Of a DNA stretch of 64,000 nucleotides, positions 25,312 to 38,275 are shown in pieces (within the stretch, counting starts at the first letter, position 1; each line of letters begins with the position of its first letter). Position numbers and translations under genes: made by a program. Origin of the DNA: Octopus sinensis (Eukaryota); assembly GCF_006345805.1 (NCBI RefSeq), contig NC_043005.1, forward strand, positions 103,044,001-103,108,000, given 5' to 3'. The notes under the pieces were generated by a model, which was given only the letters and a program-made list of their open reading frames with translations, was not told where the DNA came from and made no database searches.

Positions 25312-26819
25312 AACGGCACCTATGTGCCTGCTGGAAAATGGAAGACAAAAAAAAACCATCGTTTGTCGTGACATTATAAACTGTCCCAAATAATGCAGAA
25401 ATCCGCCCTGATGAAGAGGCCTTTACTTCCATGGTCTGTCATCGAATAAAACTATTGAAATATAGTGCATTCCATTGTGAATACTGTCCAGCAAGGACGG
25501 GCTACTCAGCTGGTATCAAAGCATAATATATTTTTAGTTTCATTCACCGTGCAAGTCACAAACATATCTGAATTCCTGATAACGTAAGAGAACTGAATTT
25601 AGAAAAATGTCATGCTTGCATTTTCTTTACATTTAAAGCAATTTTAGTATATCTGAATCAGCATGTAAATAAACAAAGGTAATGTTTACAAGCATGAGAA
25701 TGTGCAGATGTAATTGTTAGTGATCAGATATCCCAACAGCGTATTGTATTCATAGAAGGTATTGATTGGAGAAAACACATTGCTTCTGTATATCCATATT
25801 AGCTAGGCTGTGCTAACAAGGAAAAATAAAATTTTCGAACTGTAATAGCTCTCTCTGCCACACGTATGACAGCTGCGTAAGTCTCACCTGTTGCATTTCT
25901 GCAGCCAGAACCAGGTACAACTCTGGAACGGCCTTGCTTTTAAAGGGACGTTAAAGAATTGCAGCCCCGCGCCAACCTCTTTCAATACAATATTTTTTCT
26001 TGTCACCTAAGCTCTGAAAACCTGCCTCAATTGCACAGTAAATGTGACAATGTATCAGTGGTTATGCATGCAGCGCCTAATCATACGTTGTGTTTAGCCA
26101 GTAACATCTTGCTACCAAACGGGTGCGTGAAACAACTTTCGTAAAGTGGCTGTAAGAGTAATATATGTTTTCTACTCTATAATTGGGACCACTGTATAAA
26201 ATGAATGATAATTATTTTACTGAAATATGATGTTCATATCACATGTGCAGAAACTTTCTCTCAGTATCTTGCAAGATTTTTGTGTATTATTGTTACCGTG
26301 CAACCATCGCGCGTTTGAGAAACCTGCTCATTTAATGCAAAGCTTTCCCGATCGTATATAACAACGCCATCTGTTTTGGTTATACAGTATTTCCACGATT
26401 ATACAGCTACACGTGTTCCCGCCTTTTCCATGTCGATTGAGTGGGATTTGTGAGATGTTTCTTTCTCCCTCATTGGTTGATTGTTACCAAGCAAATTGCA
26501 AATAATCGATCGTGTCTTATTTCCAGATAAGCTTAAATCTTAGAATCTCTATAAATGATGTGGGCTGTGATAATAATAAGTTTAGGACCATCAGTAACAT
26601 CAGTGATGACACATTGCAGCAGTTTTTGCATATCATACACCAAGAACCCACATACTCGGCAACATGCAATAATCATGTTGTATAGTTTTAGAGAGATGTT
26701 TAAAATACTGCAGCACTCATCTCTATTATCTATTAAATATGTATTAAATATCTATTATTTATAATTCTTGTCTCTTCTTCAAGAATCAATAAACCTAAGC
26801 CTCAAACTTATGACAGGAA

Positions 26820-27503
26820 AAGTAATTGGCAATATGGTGCACCATTATATCATATCAATGAGTCCAGGACTGAATATGTAAACAAGTGCCTGTCCGACAG
26901 TGATCTCATCATCCATACTCTCAACAATACGCTCTTAAATATGGTTTCTGATTACAAATATCTTGGGTCATATATATCATCATCTGAACAAGATTTTCTA
27001 ACTAGAAAGGGTATGGCCTGGTCAGCCTGTAATGACATGCATAAGATCTGGTCATCAAATCTAAGTAGAGATTTCAAATTTAAAATCTTCAAAGCCACCG
27101 TCGAACCAATTCTACTATATGGCTCAGAAACCTGGACGTTATCAAAGAAGCTTGGGAGGCGGTTGGATGGAACTTACACTCGCCTCAAAATCTCTCGTGG
27201 GAGCGTCATCCAACCAAAGTACAAATATATGAGAGATTAGCACCTGTATCATCTCTTGTGAAAGGTAGAAGAGTCCAGTTTGCTAGACATTGTTGTAGAG
27301 CTGAAAACGAGGTAATTTCTACTCTTCTCCTCTGGACGCCATCTGCTCGCGATACCAGAGGGCGCACACTCTTCTATCGTGATGTAATCTCCAGGGATAC
27401 AGGCATCCAGCAACAGGACCTCCGTAATGCTATGATGAACCGTGAAGTCTGGTGTAACATAGTAAATTCCATTGTATCGACCACGGTCGAACAATGATGA
27501 TGG
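26820..27503 (+). mobile_element. RTE-clade LINE 3' fragment
   Basis: INESRTEY..DYKYLGSYIS..AWSACNDMHKIW..ILLYGSETWTL..RLDGTYTRL, then after a frameshift RRVQFARHC..NREVW. These are RTE RT-thumb/C-terminal motifs. Ends in a TGATGA tail. Confidence 0.9.
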
Positions 27504-27559
27504 CATTAAAGGCAGTGTCTAAGTGATCTTTCGAATTTCTAGATACAGAATATAAATAT

Positions 27560-28265
27560 TCTTCATGAAATAACTGACCAACCAAAAATGATGCTTTGGT
27601 TACTATGTCTGAGAAACAAAGATGATAATATGACTAAGTTCATGCACTTGAGACAATGTGACAAGAACTGCCCGAACAGAGCACAGAAACGGTCCGAACA
27701 TGAACCAAGGGTCACCGAAATCAAAGAATATAAGATACTGTGGGATTTCACAATGCAATGCGATTCCCTACTCGAGGCTCGAAGACCAGATATTGTTGTG
27801 ATATATAAAGGAAAAAAGGTAATCAAGATTATAGATATTTCAATACATGGAGATGCACACATGTGACAAAAAACTAGAAAATATTGAAAAATACTGACTA
27901 CTAAAAGGCTAAATCGCAAGAGGGGAGATTTGTCATTCCAGTAGTTATAGGAGCACTCGGAGCGCAAACAACCAAGTTCGAGAAACATGTCAAAGAAATC
28001 AGAATTGACATAAGAGCAGAGCAAGCCCCAAAGTCTGTTCTGCTGAGGAAAGCTAAGATTTTCAGATTGGTACTTGGATGTTGACTGTCTCCCATGATAA
28101 TTAACAACCAAGTATCAAAGCATATAATGTCCATAAAGAGACACTGTGAGACCTCTGACAGCAGGATGTTTTCCGCTCTCGCAGAATCTACCAGCGGAAA
28201 CAAGATCAAGCAGTCTGAGAAGCAAAACAACAACAGCAACAATAAAAAAAATAATATTAATAATC
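27560..28265 (+). mobile_element. RLE-type non-LTR retrotransposon 3' fragment (R4/Dong-like)
   Basis: KILWDFTMQCDSLLEARRPDIVVIYKGKKVIKIIDISIHGD (PD-(D/E)xK-type endonuclease), then PVVIGALGA after stops and frameshifts. A 3' UTR leads into an (AAT)-rich tail. Confidence 0.8.
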
Positions 28266-28269
28266 CCTT

Positions 28270-28475
28270 TTACTAAAGGCACACGGCTGAAATTTTGGTG
28301 GGGAGGACTAGTCGATTACATCGACCCCAGTGTTTTACTGGTATTTAATTTATCGACCCCAAAAGGATGAAAGCTAAAGCCAAACTCCGAGGAATATGAC
28401 GTTAAAACGTTAAGGTGGACGAAATACCGTCAAGCATTGTGCCCGGCATTCTAACGATTCTGGCAGCTAGCCTTG
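28270..28475 (-). mobile_element. Diverged family A SINE
   Basis: GTCGATTACATCGACCCCAG, AATTTATCGACCCC, and head CATTCTAACGATTCTGGCAGCTAGCC. Confidence 0.8.
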
Positions 28476-28534
28476 TTATTATTATTATTATTATATTATT
28501 GTTATTATTATTATTAATGATAATAATAATAATG

Positions 28535-28570
<36 letters not shown>

Positions 28571-28575
28571 TAATA

Positions 28576-28606
<31 letters not shown>

Positions 28607-28630
28607 AATAATAATGATAATAATAATAAT
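28475..28630. repeat. (ATT)n/(AAT)n tract
   Basis: Read directly. Confidence 0.95.
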
Positions 28631-30201
28631 CGAAGAGTAATGCTGAATTGAGCTGTAAATAAAAGAGAATGCGATCTATTTGCCTGCAGTAAACAATAAG
28701 TGGACATTATCATTCATTATTATTTCATGATGTTGCTTGTAAAGTATTTTCATATATTATGAACAAAGGCAGAAACAAAACGATTTGGAAGAAGATAGCG
28801 TTTGTTTTGAAAATTTTTTAAAAACTTCTCTATTCATTTACTGCACAGATACAAAGAATGAATGTGTTGTTTTGCTTACCGTATTAGTCTGAACTGGAAT
28901 TCTTAAATAGTAGGTGCATTGTACGTGTTTAAGAATACATGTGTTGTAACAAAGGCTTAACAATGTGTACATTGCACTGCATCTGCTAATGAAATTTATT
29001 ACAATAGCGACACCCCGTACAGATGAAAGCAATTTTGACTCCAATGTTTGAAAAAAAAACAGGTAAGAGGAACAAAACAAGTCAAAATGTGTAGAAATAA
29101 AACGAAATAGTTTTTAGAGAATATATAATTAATGACAACCAGTCCACACATGAAAACAAATGAATAAGTAAGTTGTTTTTTAAATACACTCTTACAATAT
29201 GCATGTTTTCTTCATTTATTTGAACTCCCATTTGTAAATGAAAATATATTTATACACAGCAAGTATATATATATATATGTATGTATGTATTCTCAGAGGC
29301 AACGTGACGTGTACGTAAAGGTTTACGCGTGTAAACATAGAGAATCCTGCGCATACACCCACCTGTGTATGCAAGTGTGTTAGAGTGTGTTTCTACCTTT
29401 ATACGTGTAATTAGTGACGTGACTATATATATACGTATACGTATACGTATAAGTGTACGTATATATCTATGCTCGTTTGCGTATGTAACATACTAACATA
29501 TGTGGGATTATATATTATATTCAAACATATATGTGATTGTGTGTACGTGCATGTGTGCCTGTAGGAAAACATACATATATATATACAAACATACATACAT
29601 ATAAACATACTTAAATACACACACTTAAATTCAAAACAATGAATAAGCGAAATAACGTAAAATACAGAAGGAATAATGAAAGAAAGGAAAAAACAAAACG
29701 GAGAAAATACTTAATATGTTTCTATGACAGTATTACGCATGCGCATATGAATTGTTTACCAGGTGAATATTATTGTTTCCCATATTTTTGTAAGTATTTA
29801 GTGACTTGCATTTAGTTGTTGTTTCATTTCATTTTTTATATTTATATTTATATTTACTTTCTGTTATTTACGATGAAGAAATCGAACGACGTAACTTGTA
29901 GCGCATTTCAGTTCAAAACAAACAATTACTAAAATCTGATACCAGTTGGGAAATGGTTTGAAGCAAATGGGAACACGTGGAAAGAGGTAATTGCCTTTTG
30001 AGTAAGTGAATTATAAGTAATTAGTAAACAACTTACAATGCAGTAATTACTTCCATTTTCTAATTTGGTTACATATATACTTAGACACACACAAAAACAC
30101 ATACATATACATATTGCTGTAACAAAATCGACACACATCGTAGCATTTCTTCAACTGCACCTCTTATTCAAGCCTGCTGTTGTTGACAGTTTTTATTTCA
30201 G

Positions 30202-30289
30202 AGCTTCCGAAGATCACTCCCTTTTATGCATTGACCGAGGATGCGAATAACCAGCGAAATATACAGATGCCTCAGAAGTGAGACATGAG
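30202..30289 (+). other. Candidate 88-nt non-coding/5'-UTR exon
   Basis: Acceptor TTTTTATTTCAG ends at 30201 and donor GAG|GTAACT starts at 30290. All three frames contain stops. An ATG lies 5 nt before the donor. Confidence 0.3.
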
Positions 30290-31276
30290 GTAACTATATG
30301 CTTGTTTTCTTTTGATAGAGAGACAGGCACACTAGACCCCAAAATTTTCTATTTATTTGTACAGCAGTCATAGGTAATATATCCCTTCATGAAACAAATT
30401 TAAATCTCTTCTGTGAAATACATGTCTGACTAGGTAGATTCTGTTACAAAACTTTAGCAAAATGTATATTAGTTAGTAGAGCACTCTGGAGGTATTTGTA
30501 CAACATTGTTATATAAAAGTAGTTATTTCGCTCTACTAGCACATTCCGGTGGACTTATATTTTCCACCATTTTGGTTGATTGCTAAGTGTGGCAAATGTT
30601 CAAGAGAAGATTTGCAATAGGAACCCCAGTGTACTGCAGTTCGATGGAGGCCGGAATATCGAATTCATTATTATCCTTTTCTCATAAAAATTTGATAAAC
30701 GTATACTCTATAAAAGTAATCTTTAGTTTAATGTCAAATTCTTTTTATTATAACTTGAGATGAAAACGAACTTCAACGCGTGAAAACACACTCACACCTT
30801 CATTAGCCGGTACCATAGTGAAACTTACAAATTTTGCCAAATATATACAAAATCAGGCACAAAAGATATAGAACTGAGGTGTAATCATCGGTATTCTTTA
30901 TCTAAATGGTGACGAACAACATATTACAGGGTTCTTCTTTTTTAATCTGAGACTATTTCGAAACGATATGTGAAGGATTTTTCTAATCGCGTATCAGCTG
31001 TAGCAGGGGCCACTACTCTTAATGTTTGTAAGGGAGCTGTGCGCACTGTCCATAGTTATCTGAACTGTGAACTATAATACTTTCCATGTCGTTATCATGC
31101 TTAACATATCAAAGATTTTTAATTATTTTTATTATAACTTGAGATAAAAAACTTCAACGCGTACAAACACACACACACATATCTGTATGAATAAGTATGC
31201 CTGTATATATATGTGTATGCGTGTGTGTGTGTGTGTGCGTATGCCTACATAATACATATGTGTGCATACATATGTA

Positions 31277-31348
<72 letters not shown>

Positions 31349-31404
31349 TTTGACTGAATAGGGTAGCAGAAAAGCTTAATTCGACTCCAATGGAACATGT
31401 ATGC

Positions 31405-31451
<47 letters not shown>

Positions 31452-31616
31452 ACAATGAAAAGGATTGCATTTTCTGAAAGAAAACACACCAAAGCATAAA
31501 CACACTCCACATATTCACTTCTGCAACACATACACAAGTGAAATATACTTCTCACTGGGATATTACATATTAAGTTTGAATGAAGAGGTATATATAAGTA
31601 ATATCATTCCCTAGAG

Positions 31617-31933
31617 CACTGCTTCTCAAGCTATCTGATGTGGCGTACTGGCAGTTTGTTTTCCAATGTGCCTGGGAACGGTAATATTTCTTAGTAATAT
31701 TAATTTATACCGGAAACAATATCTATAATGAATATAATAAAAGTTGACAATTTTTTTATCTTATGTTTTGTAAAGAAATAATACAATATTACATATTACA
31801 TTTTATAAGCAATTTATAAGCATTTTATAAGCATTTTATAATGTTTCATCCTTCTCTGGAACTCGTTGTGTCCCGGTAGCTGAGATCTCGCAAACCGGCA
31901 CCGGTCCGCGGACCGCCACTTTGAGTAGCACTG
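31617..31933. mobile_element. hAT-type MITE
   Basis: TIRs CACTGCTTCTCAAGCT / ACTTTGAGTAGCACTG (CAGTG-type). 8-bp TSD CCCTAGAG at 31609-31616 and 31934-31941. Confidence 0.9.
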
Positions 31934-32379
31934 CCCTAGAGAACTATACAAGCCGTAACTCCTCACAGAAATGATTAAAAGAGAGGGCAATTCTGTATTG
32001 ACAAGGAAAAATATTATTAACGCAACTTTTCTATGTGTTGAGCGAGTCATATCTCAATGTAGGTACGAAAACAATCAAAACTGAGGCATATTCTCTTATA
32101 AGTGTGTTCATAAGTGACAAATGTAAAACCGAAGGCATGCATCGGCTGCACACTCCAAGGTATACATATATCGATAAGCATAAGTTCTCTTACGTGCACA
32201 TGTACCGAGAGGTACATATATACAGAAGCGTGGTTCTATGGTAAGAAGTTTATTTCTCATCCTCATCATACTGGGTTCATCCGCATCATACCAAAGTCTT
32301 ATAAATAGATTTGGTGGTCAGAAACTAAAAAAAGCCTTTTGTGTATAATATGTATGCCTCTATGTATGTCTGCCTCTGC

Positions 32380-32580
32380 ATTTCTTCCTTATTACCGGTT
32401 GACAACTGGTCTTGCTGTGTTTACGCCGCCCTGTCTTAAATTTTTGACAAAAGGGTCCGTTAGAAGAAGTACTAGCCTCTAAATTAACTACTGGGGTTGA
32501 TTTGTTCGACTAAATCCACCAAAGTCGTGTCCCAGTTTGACAGCCGTCCAATGACTGAAAGAACTGAAAGATAAAAGATA
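32380..32580 (+). mobile_element. Degenerate family C SINE tail
   Basis: TTGACAACTGGT..GTGTTTACG, AGAAGTACTAG, CTGGGGTTGATTTGTTCGAC and CCAATGACTGAAA. Confidence 0.6.
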
Positions 32581-32627
32581 AAAATTATTCGTATATATAT
32601 AGATTCATAAATCTCTCTCTCTCTCTC

Positions 32628-32694
<67 letters not shown>

Positions 32695-33851
32695 GGTGTG
32701 TATGTATGTGTGTGTGTGTGTGTGTGTGTAAAAAAAGTAAGGTTAGGGGTTACTGCACGAGTAAAAATATTAGGAAAAGAATCTGAAAATGCAGGAGTCC
32801 TTTTAAAGTATTTCTTAACTTAACCGGTCTCATTTATTTGAAAAGGATTTCAAAAGTAAGGTATGAGAGTTTGTGAATCTTCTTTGGTGTCAAAATTAGT
32901 TCTCATAAATATATTCAAATCAAGTGAAAGAGTCTTTGATAATGATTAGAGAAAGTTGAGTCTTTATGTATCCTCTGATGGATCAAAAATAGTTTGCATA
33001 AAAATATTCAGATCAGGTAAAATTGTTTTAGAATGATAAGAATATAAAAATTAATTTACATGAATATTTCCAAATCAAGTAATTGAGTGTTTAACAAGAA
33101 GATAAAATGAGTCCCAGTTTGTCAATCAGTTGGTACTAAAGTTTTAGTCTCACTGTGATCAGAAACCATAACTGTTTGTAGCATCTTAAATTAACAAAAA
33201 GGTGAGTGGAGAAATAACAGACCATTTATAGTTCTCGGATCTGGCTGTAGGGTGTCGCATCTGGATGGAATTTGACAGTTATCACAATTTTATGCAGAAA
33301 TGGTCGCTCAAAATTAACTTCCTTTTAAAAAACAATGTGGTTGGTTGAAGGCAGTCACGTGATCAAAAGAGAGTTCTGTTCTATTTATTAAAAAGGTGCT
33401 TTAGAATTGCTTTCTCTCTCTAAAAAAAAAAGTGCGGATGGTTGATGGCATTCACACGATCAAAGGGTAGTTCACTACTGTTCTGCTTTCTCGTAGTTGT
33501 TATGGAGCCAAGAAAGGCTTTGTTTGGTGAGCTGATTCTGTTATAGTTCAGTAGATCTGGCTGGTGTTTTGGCTCACCAAATACAAAATATATTTTCATA
33601 TCAAAAATTGTTGAGCTGTTCTTACATCAAACTATAACACACACACGTCATTGTATGTACTCATTGATTTGGAGGAAGAACAAAGCGTCAAAAGGTTCTA
33701 TAATTTAAAAGAACAGAAAAATGATATTTTGATATTAAGGTCTTTTCGAAGAGCATTAAGTAAATCAAGATATAATCCACCATTGGCTAAAATCCCGTTT
33801 CTGTCAAAATTGGTATTTTTCACTGACCTCAAATATCTAAATTTTCCTTAA

Positions 33852-34199
33852 CCCATTAGGCGCCGGGATTCGAACTTACATAGCACGGACTGCTGAGCAT
33901 ATTTTATGAAAATGAGACTACCATGCACGCAAAAAATAGTTAAAATATCTTCGTAGTATAATATATAATGGTAGCAAGTTTTACCTCATCTGAAAAGTCA
34001 TTAGTTGAACTAGTAGTCCCCTTGGATTGTGCGAGGTATCGGAGCGTTTGTGTGACATTAGACCACAATAAACGCCCATAAATTAAATGCATCTATCTGG
34101 GCCACGATCGTGGCCTCTCGACCAGTGCATGACAGCCACGATCGTGGCCTCTCGACCTGTGCCTGACAGCCACAATCGTAGCCCGTCGCGCTTTACGTG
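33852..34199. mobile_element. piggyBac-like non-autonomous element with palindromic 34-bp subterminal repeats
   Basis: TTAA at 33848-33851 and 34200-34203. Left end CCCATTAGGCGC against right end GCGCTTTACGTG (8/12 inverted match). 2.5 copies of a 34-bp unit at 34101-34188. Confidence 0.55.
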
Positions 34200-35017
34200 T
34201 TAAAGTTGACCACAGAGCCGCTCCACTAAAAAATCACGAAAAGCTTGGACAATAAGAGAAAACACTATTATTAGACTAAAAAACAAATAGGATTTGAAAT
34301 CTGATAGAGTCAAATAATATAAGACGTTTATTTTGGTATTCTACTGATTCAACTATTTCCACCGAGTTCAAATTATTATAATACCATTTCCTCATCGTAA
34401 TGGAAGGCACAACGTTTCAAGGTATCATTTTGTTCCCCGAACAACTCAGGGCTACATGTTGCAGCCAAAGTTAATTTACTTTCATGTCAGTTGAAATAAA
34501 TCTTCACGTATATATATACACACATATATAAGAATTCTAACATTATAGTCATTTATATAGAATCACTTATCTCCATACTTTAACATAGGATAAATAACAT
34601 CACTTTTAAAATCACTGCTATTTTGGTTTGGTTAATAGTCTACCGGGACAAAGTATATTATTATACATATCATAGGGACGGGTATCCAATTTCAGTATTT
34701 GAATTAGTTGTAATAAATGCAAACATGCATCGGTGTATTGCTTGCGTGAATAGATGTATGAATATGCGAAATTCTGGGTTTACGAGTGTGTGTTTGAGAT
34801 TATGGTTGATCGGCAGGATGTCAGTGCGTGTACTGTCTAATTTTAAAGCATTTTCCGATGCATCGATAAGAAGACAGAAAAAGACAATGTTAATTTTGTA
34901 GTAATAGATAGTAATAGATAGATTATATGCATGGATCTCCCCCTTTCTCTCTCTATCTCTCTTCAGCTTTCTCCCTCTATCTCTGATATATATAGGAATA
35001 CATTTCCTCTCTCCATA

Positions 35018-35071
<54 letters not shown>

Positions 35072-35091
35072 TATATATATATTATATATAT

Positions 35092-35123
<32 letters not shown>

Positions 35124-35649
35124 TATATATATTTACATATACATATACATATACATATATATATATACATATATATATCGAGAGAGAGATAGATATAGAT
35201 AATTACATACATTCATGTATATGAAATAAAGGGGATATGCGTTTGTGTTTTTGTGTATAGATGTATTTGTGCGGTGTATATATATATATATATATATATA
35301 TAAAGTTTGAATACTTTTGTAAACCTAATTTACGTTTCATACTATATTACTTAGAATATTACGACAACATTTAACGACGAAAACATTCATACAAGAAATC
35401 ATACATTCAATAACCATGCTTCTTACATAATCGTGTGGATGTAATTGGCAGTTTGAATAACAGTTACACTATTACATAGAGATGTTTTGTTTCTATACTG
35501 TATCTACATAATTGTATTTGTTTTATTATATTCAGAAAGTTACATCTAAATATAAATGGCTGTTAAGATTGTTCCTACTTCTGATATGTAACAACATCTC
35601 GTTCTACTCATACACAATTCTACGCGCTAGAGCGCTGTCCCCATATTAT

Positions 35650-35805
35650 ATATGTCTTTATATAACTGGTTCTTTATTTATCGACCCCGAAAGGATGAAA
35701 GACAAAATCGACCTCGGCGGAATTTAAACTCAGAACGTAACGGCAGATGAAATACGGCTACGCATTTCGCCCGGCGTGCTAACGTTTCTGCCAGCTCGTC
35801 GCCTT
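35650..35805 (-). mobile_element. Family A SINE 5' half
   Basis: TATCGACCCCGAAAGGATGAAA..TCGACCTCGGCGGAATTT..GCCAGCTCGTCGCC. Confidence 0.85.
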
Positions 35806-36139
35806 GTATATGTCCCCATATCATACAGAAAGCTAACAATGAGTTTCAACCTCTGACACACCAGAAAATCAGCGAAATCAGATCGCTGATCTCTGTTCGT
35901 TTTCTGTGCACACTGCCAGCTGCCAGCGGAATGGCAATGTTTACTCTGTAACACCAGAAAGAAAACTGTGGCAATCAAGATCATAGCTCGGGTACGTGAG
36001 CATCAACGATTCCACTTTTTGTCCTAATGTACAGCGAGATCTGAAGGCAGTGAAGCCAATTTGAAAACAAAAGTGAAAGTGTGGATAACTTTTGATCCCA
36101 ACTTCTATATATGCGTGCGTGTGTGTGCATATATCCTCT

Positions 36140-36287
36140 CGTTGTTTTTTTCTGTGTCCTTTTCTGTAGAAGAGCGTAGGCTCGAAACGTAAAAGACTTT
36201 TTCTATTCCTGAGCGTTATACTAATACATCTGTTTCTTTTGTACACCACCTGTCTTCGTCTTTTGTTCGTTTCCTAAACTGTCACTA
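36140..36287 (+). repeat. Dispersed repeat family D with a hammerhead-like fold (variant core); other copies at 39868-39958 (+, 3' part) and 40051-40190 (-)
   Basis: Shared body GAGCGTTA(T/A)ACTAATACAT..CACCTGTCTTCGTC. Motif CTGT(A/C)GA-A-GAGC-GTAG-GCTC-GAAA-CG-T(A/T)-AAAG at 36164-36195 and 40170-40138. Confidence 0.8.
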
Positions 36288-36295
36288 TATATATA

Positions 36296-36368
<73 letters not shown>

Positions 36369-36672
36369 TACAGAGAAAGAGTGAGAGAGCGGGTAGAGAA
36401 AGCAACGTCACACAGACCTATGTTAAGAGATTTGTCTTTTATCGCTAGCAGATGGAATAATCTTGCAGCACATCTCTCTCGCTCACCCCTTTTGTTTCTT
36501 CATAATTACATATAGAGGGAGTGACAACGAAGGTGCTCAACCAATGTGACAGAGAGGTGGGAGTGCACATATATAAACACACAGATACACACATACACGC
36601 GTATGTATTTGAGTCTTTAAATATACATATGTATATATATATTGTGTAAATATATATATATATACATTACAT

Positions 36673-36821
36673 ATACACTGTACATTTAAACACCTTTAGA
36701 GGTATCCATCGTAGAACTCCCTTACGCTTGAAGGAACAGCTAAAGTCCAAACCCCTGTTCCTTCTATCGTAAGGGAGACCTATGATGGATACCTCTTAAT
36801 GTGTTTAAATGTACATTGTAT
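36673..36821. repeat. ~150-bp imperfect hairpin
   Basis: Paired blocks TGTACATTTAAACAC/GTGTTTAAATGTACA, AGAGGTATCCATC/GATGGATACCTCT, CTCCCTTACG/CGTAAGGGAG and GAAGGAACAG/CTGTTCCTTC around a ~15-nt loop. Confidence 0.9.
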
Positions 36822-36959
36822 TTTATATGAATAATATATAGTCGATTGACTAATTTTTCTATACGGTAAGCCACTGGTAGTAAAAAATTCGAAAATCTTT
36901 ATTACCCAGATATTATTAATTATGTATATACATACAAGCATATGCATAAACATACATAC

Positions 36960-37040
<81 letters not shown>

Positions 37041-37099
37041 GTATGTATATATATATTATATATATATATATATATATACATATGCATATATATATATGC

Positions 37100-37163
<64 letters not shown>

Positions 37164-37470
37164 TTAAGTAATACTTTATAATTAGGGTTCAGCAATATTT
37201 GCTTCACCACATACCGAAGTTTAGAAATAGCAGTCAAAGACCCTTAGCTATTCCTTCTAATTTAAAAGGGACTCCATGGGTAACCAAATATGGATTGATT
37301 TTCGTTATTTTTTCTCTTTGCCTGCGTGGTTTGTTTTCAAGTACTTTGGTTTTTCTGGGAGTCCCTTTTAAAGAAGAAGGAATAGCTAATGTTCTTTGAC
37401 TGCTATTTCTAAACTTCGGTATGTGGTGAAGCAAATCTTTGCTGAACCCTAATTATAAAGTATTACTTAA
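37164..37470. mobile_element. Long-TIR MITE / fold-back element
   Basis: ~112-bp inverted arms (37164-37275 and 37358-37470), an 82-bp spacer, and TTAA at both outer ends. Confidence 0.8.
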
Positions 37471-37892
37471 GCTTACCGTGAAATGGTCTTTTTCATGCCG
37501 AATTTTACTTGGTGAAATTACTGATTACTTCTTAATTAATTCATTTTACCCTTTGTTATTACATATATATATATATATATTATATATATATATATGAATA
37601 AAAAATGGAGTTAACGCAGGTTTAAACAAGTATTTTACTTTCTACATATGTTTCAAAAATTCCACTGATACTTATTCAAAAGAATAAAAGGTATAAACAA
37701 TGCAATCTTCTCTTCGGGAAAGTGAAAAAACGAAACTTGTCAATACGTAAAATACACTCATCTATTTATATATATATATATATATTTATACACACACACA
37801 CACACACACACGTACAGGTGAAAACATTTTTTTGGCCGGTCGGGATTCATGGTAGCCCCAAAGTAAAGTCTTGTTTTGATTTCTATCTATAG

Positions 37893-37974
37893 GAATATTT
37901 CCCCTGAGGAGGCGAATGGGTCCATTAAGTGGTCTCTAACGCCGAAATTGCACTAGGGAATTAACCAATTATTC
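37893..37974 (+). ncRNA. Type I hammerhead ribozyme fold (one stem III mismatch)
   Basis: Stem I TTCCC/GGGAA plus GAATA/TATTC. Core CTGAGGA 37904-37910. Stem II GGCG/CGCC. GAAA 37944-37947. Palindromic TGCA loop. U16.1 = 37954, H17 = A37955. Pair 15.2/16.2 is T-C (mismatch). Confidence 0.6.
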
Positions 37975-38233
37975 TATTTCCCATGTTGCCCGAAGACGGT
38001 CTTTATTGTGAGGAGAAATAACATGATATAATGGCTTTATAGCAGTGATGGTTGCTATTTTTATAATGGAAGGTTTTTTTAACCTCTTAGTTATAATTGT
38101 GACTTGTTCATAATTATAAACGTTTTTTCTTCTTTATATTTTATGATAACATATTTGACCATTGATATATTCATAAATAATCTTAATTATTTATAATATA
38201 TCATTCGTAATGTTGTTTACATTACTATCTACT

Positions 38234-38275
<42 letters not shown>

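Noticed and set aside
25400-25460. CTGATGA at ~25408 as a hammerhead
   Set aside because: No GAAA follows the putative stem II, and stems I and III cannot be formed.
30742-31180. ~55-bp direct repeats 385 bp apart as LTRs
   Set aside because: They are too short, lack TG..CA ends, a PBS/PPT and a TSD, and look like a small local duplication.
34101-34188. 34-bp repeats as a CRISPR-like array
   Set aside because: There are no unique spacers, only 2.5 contiguous units, and the context is eukaryotic with no cas genes.
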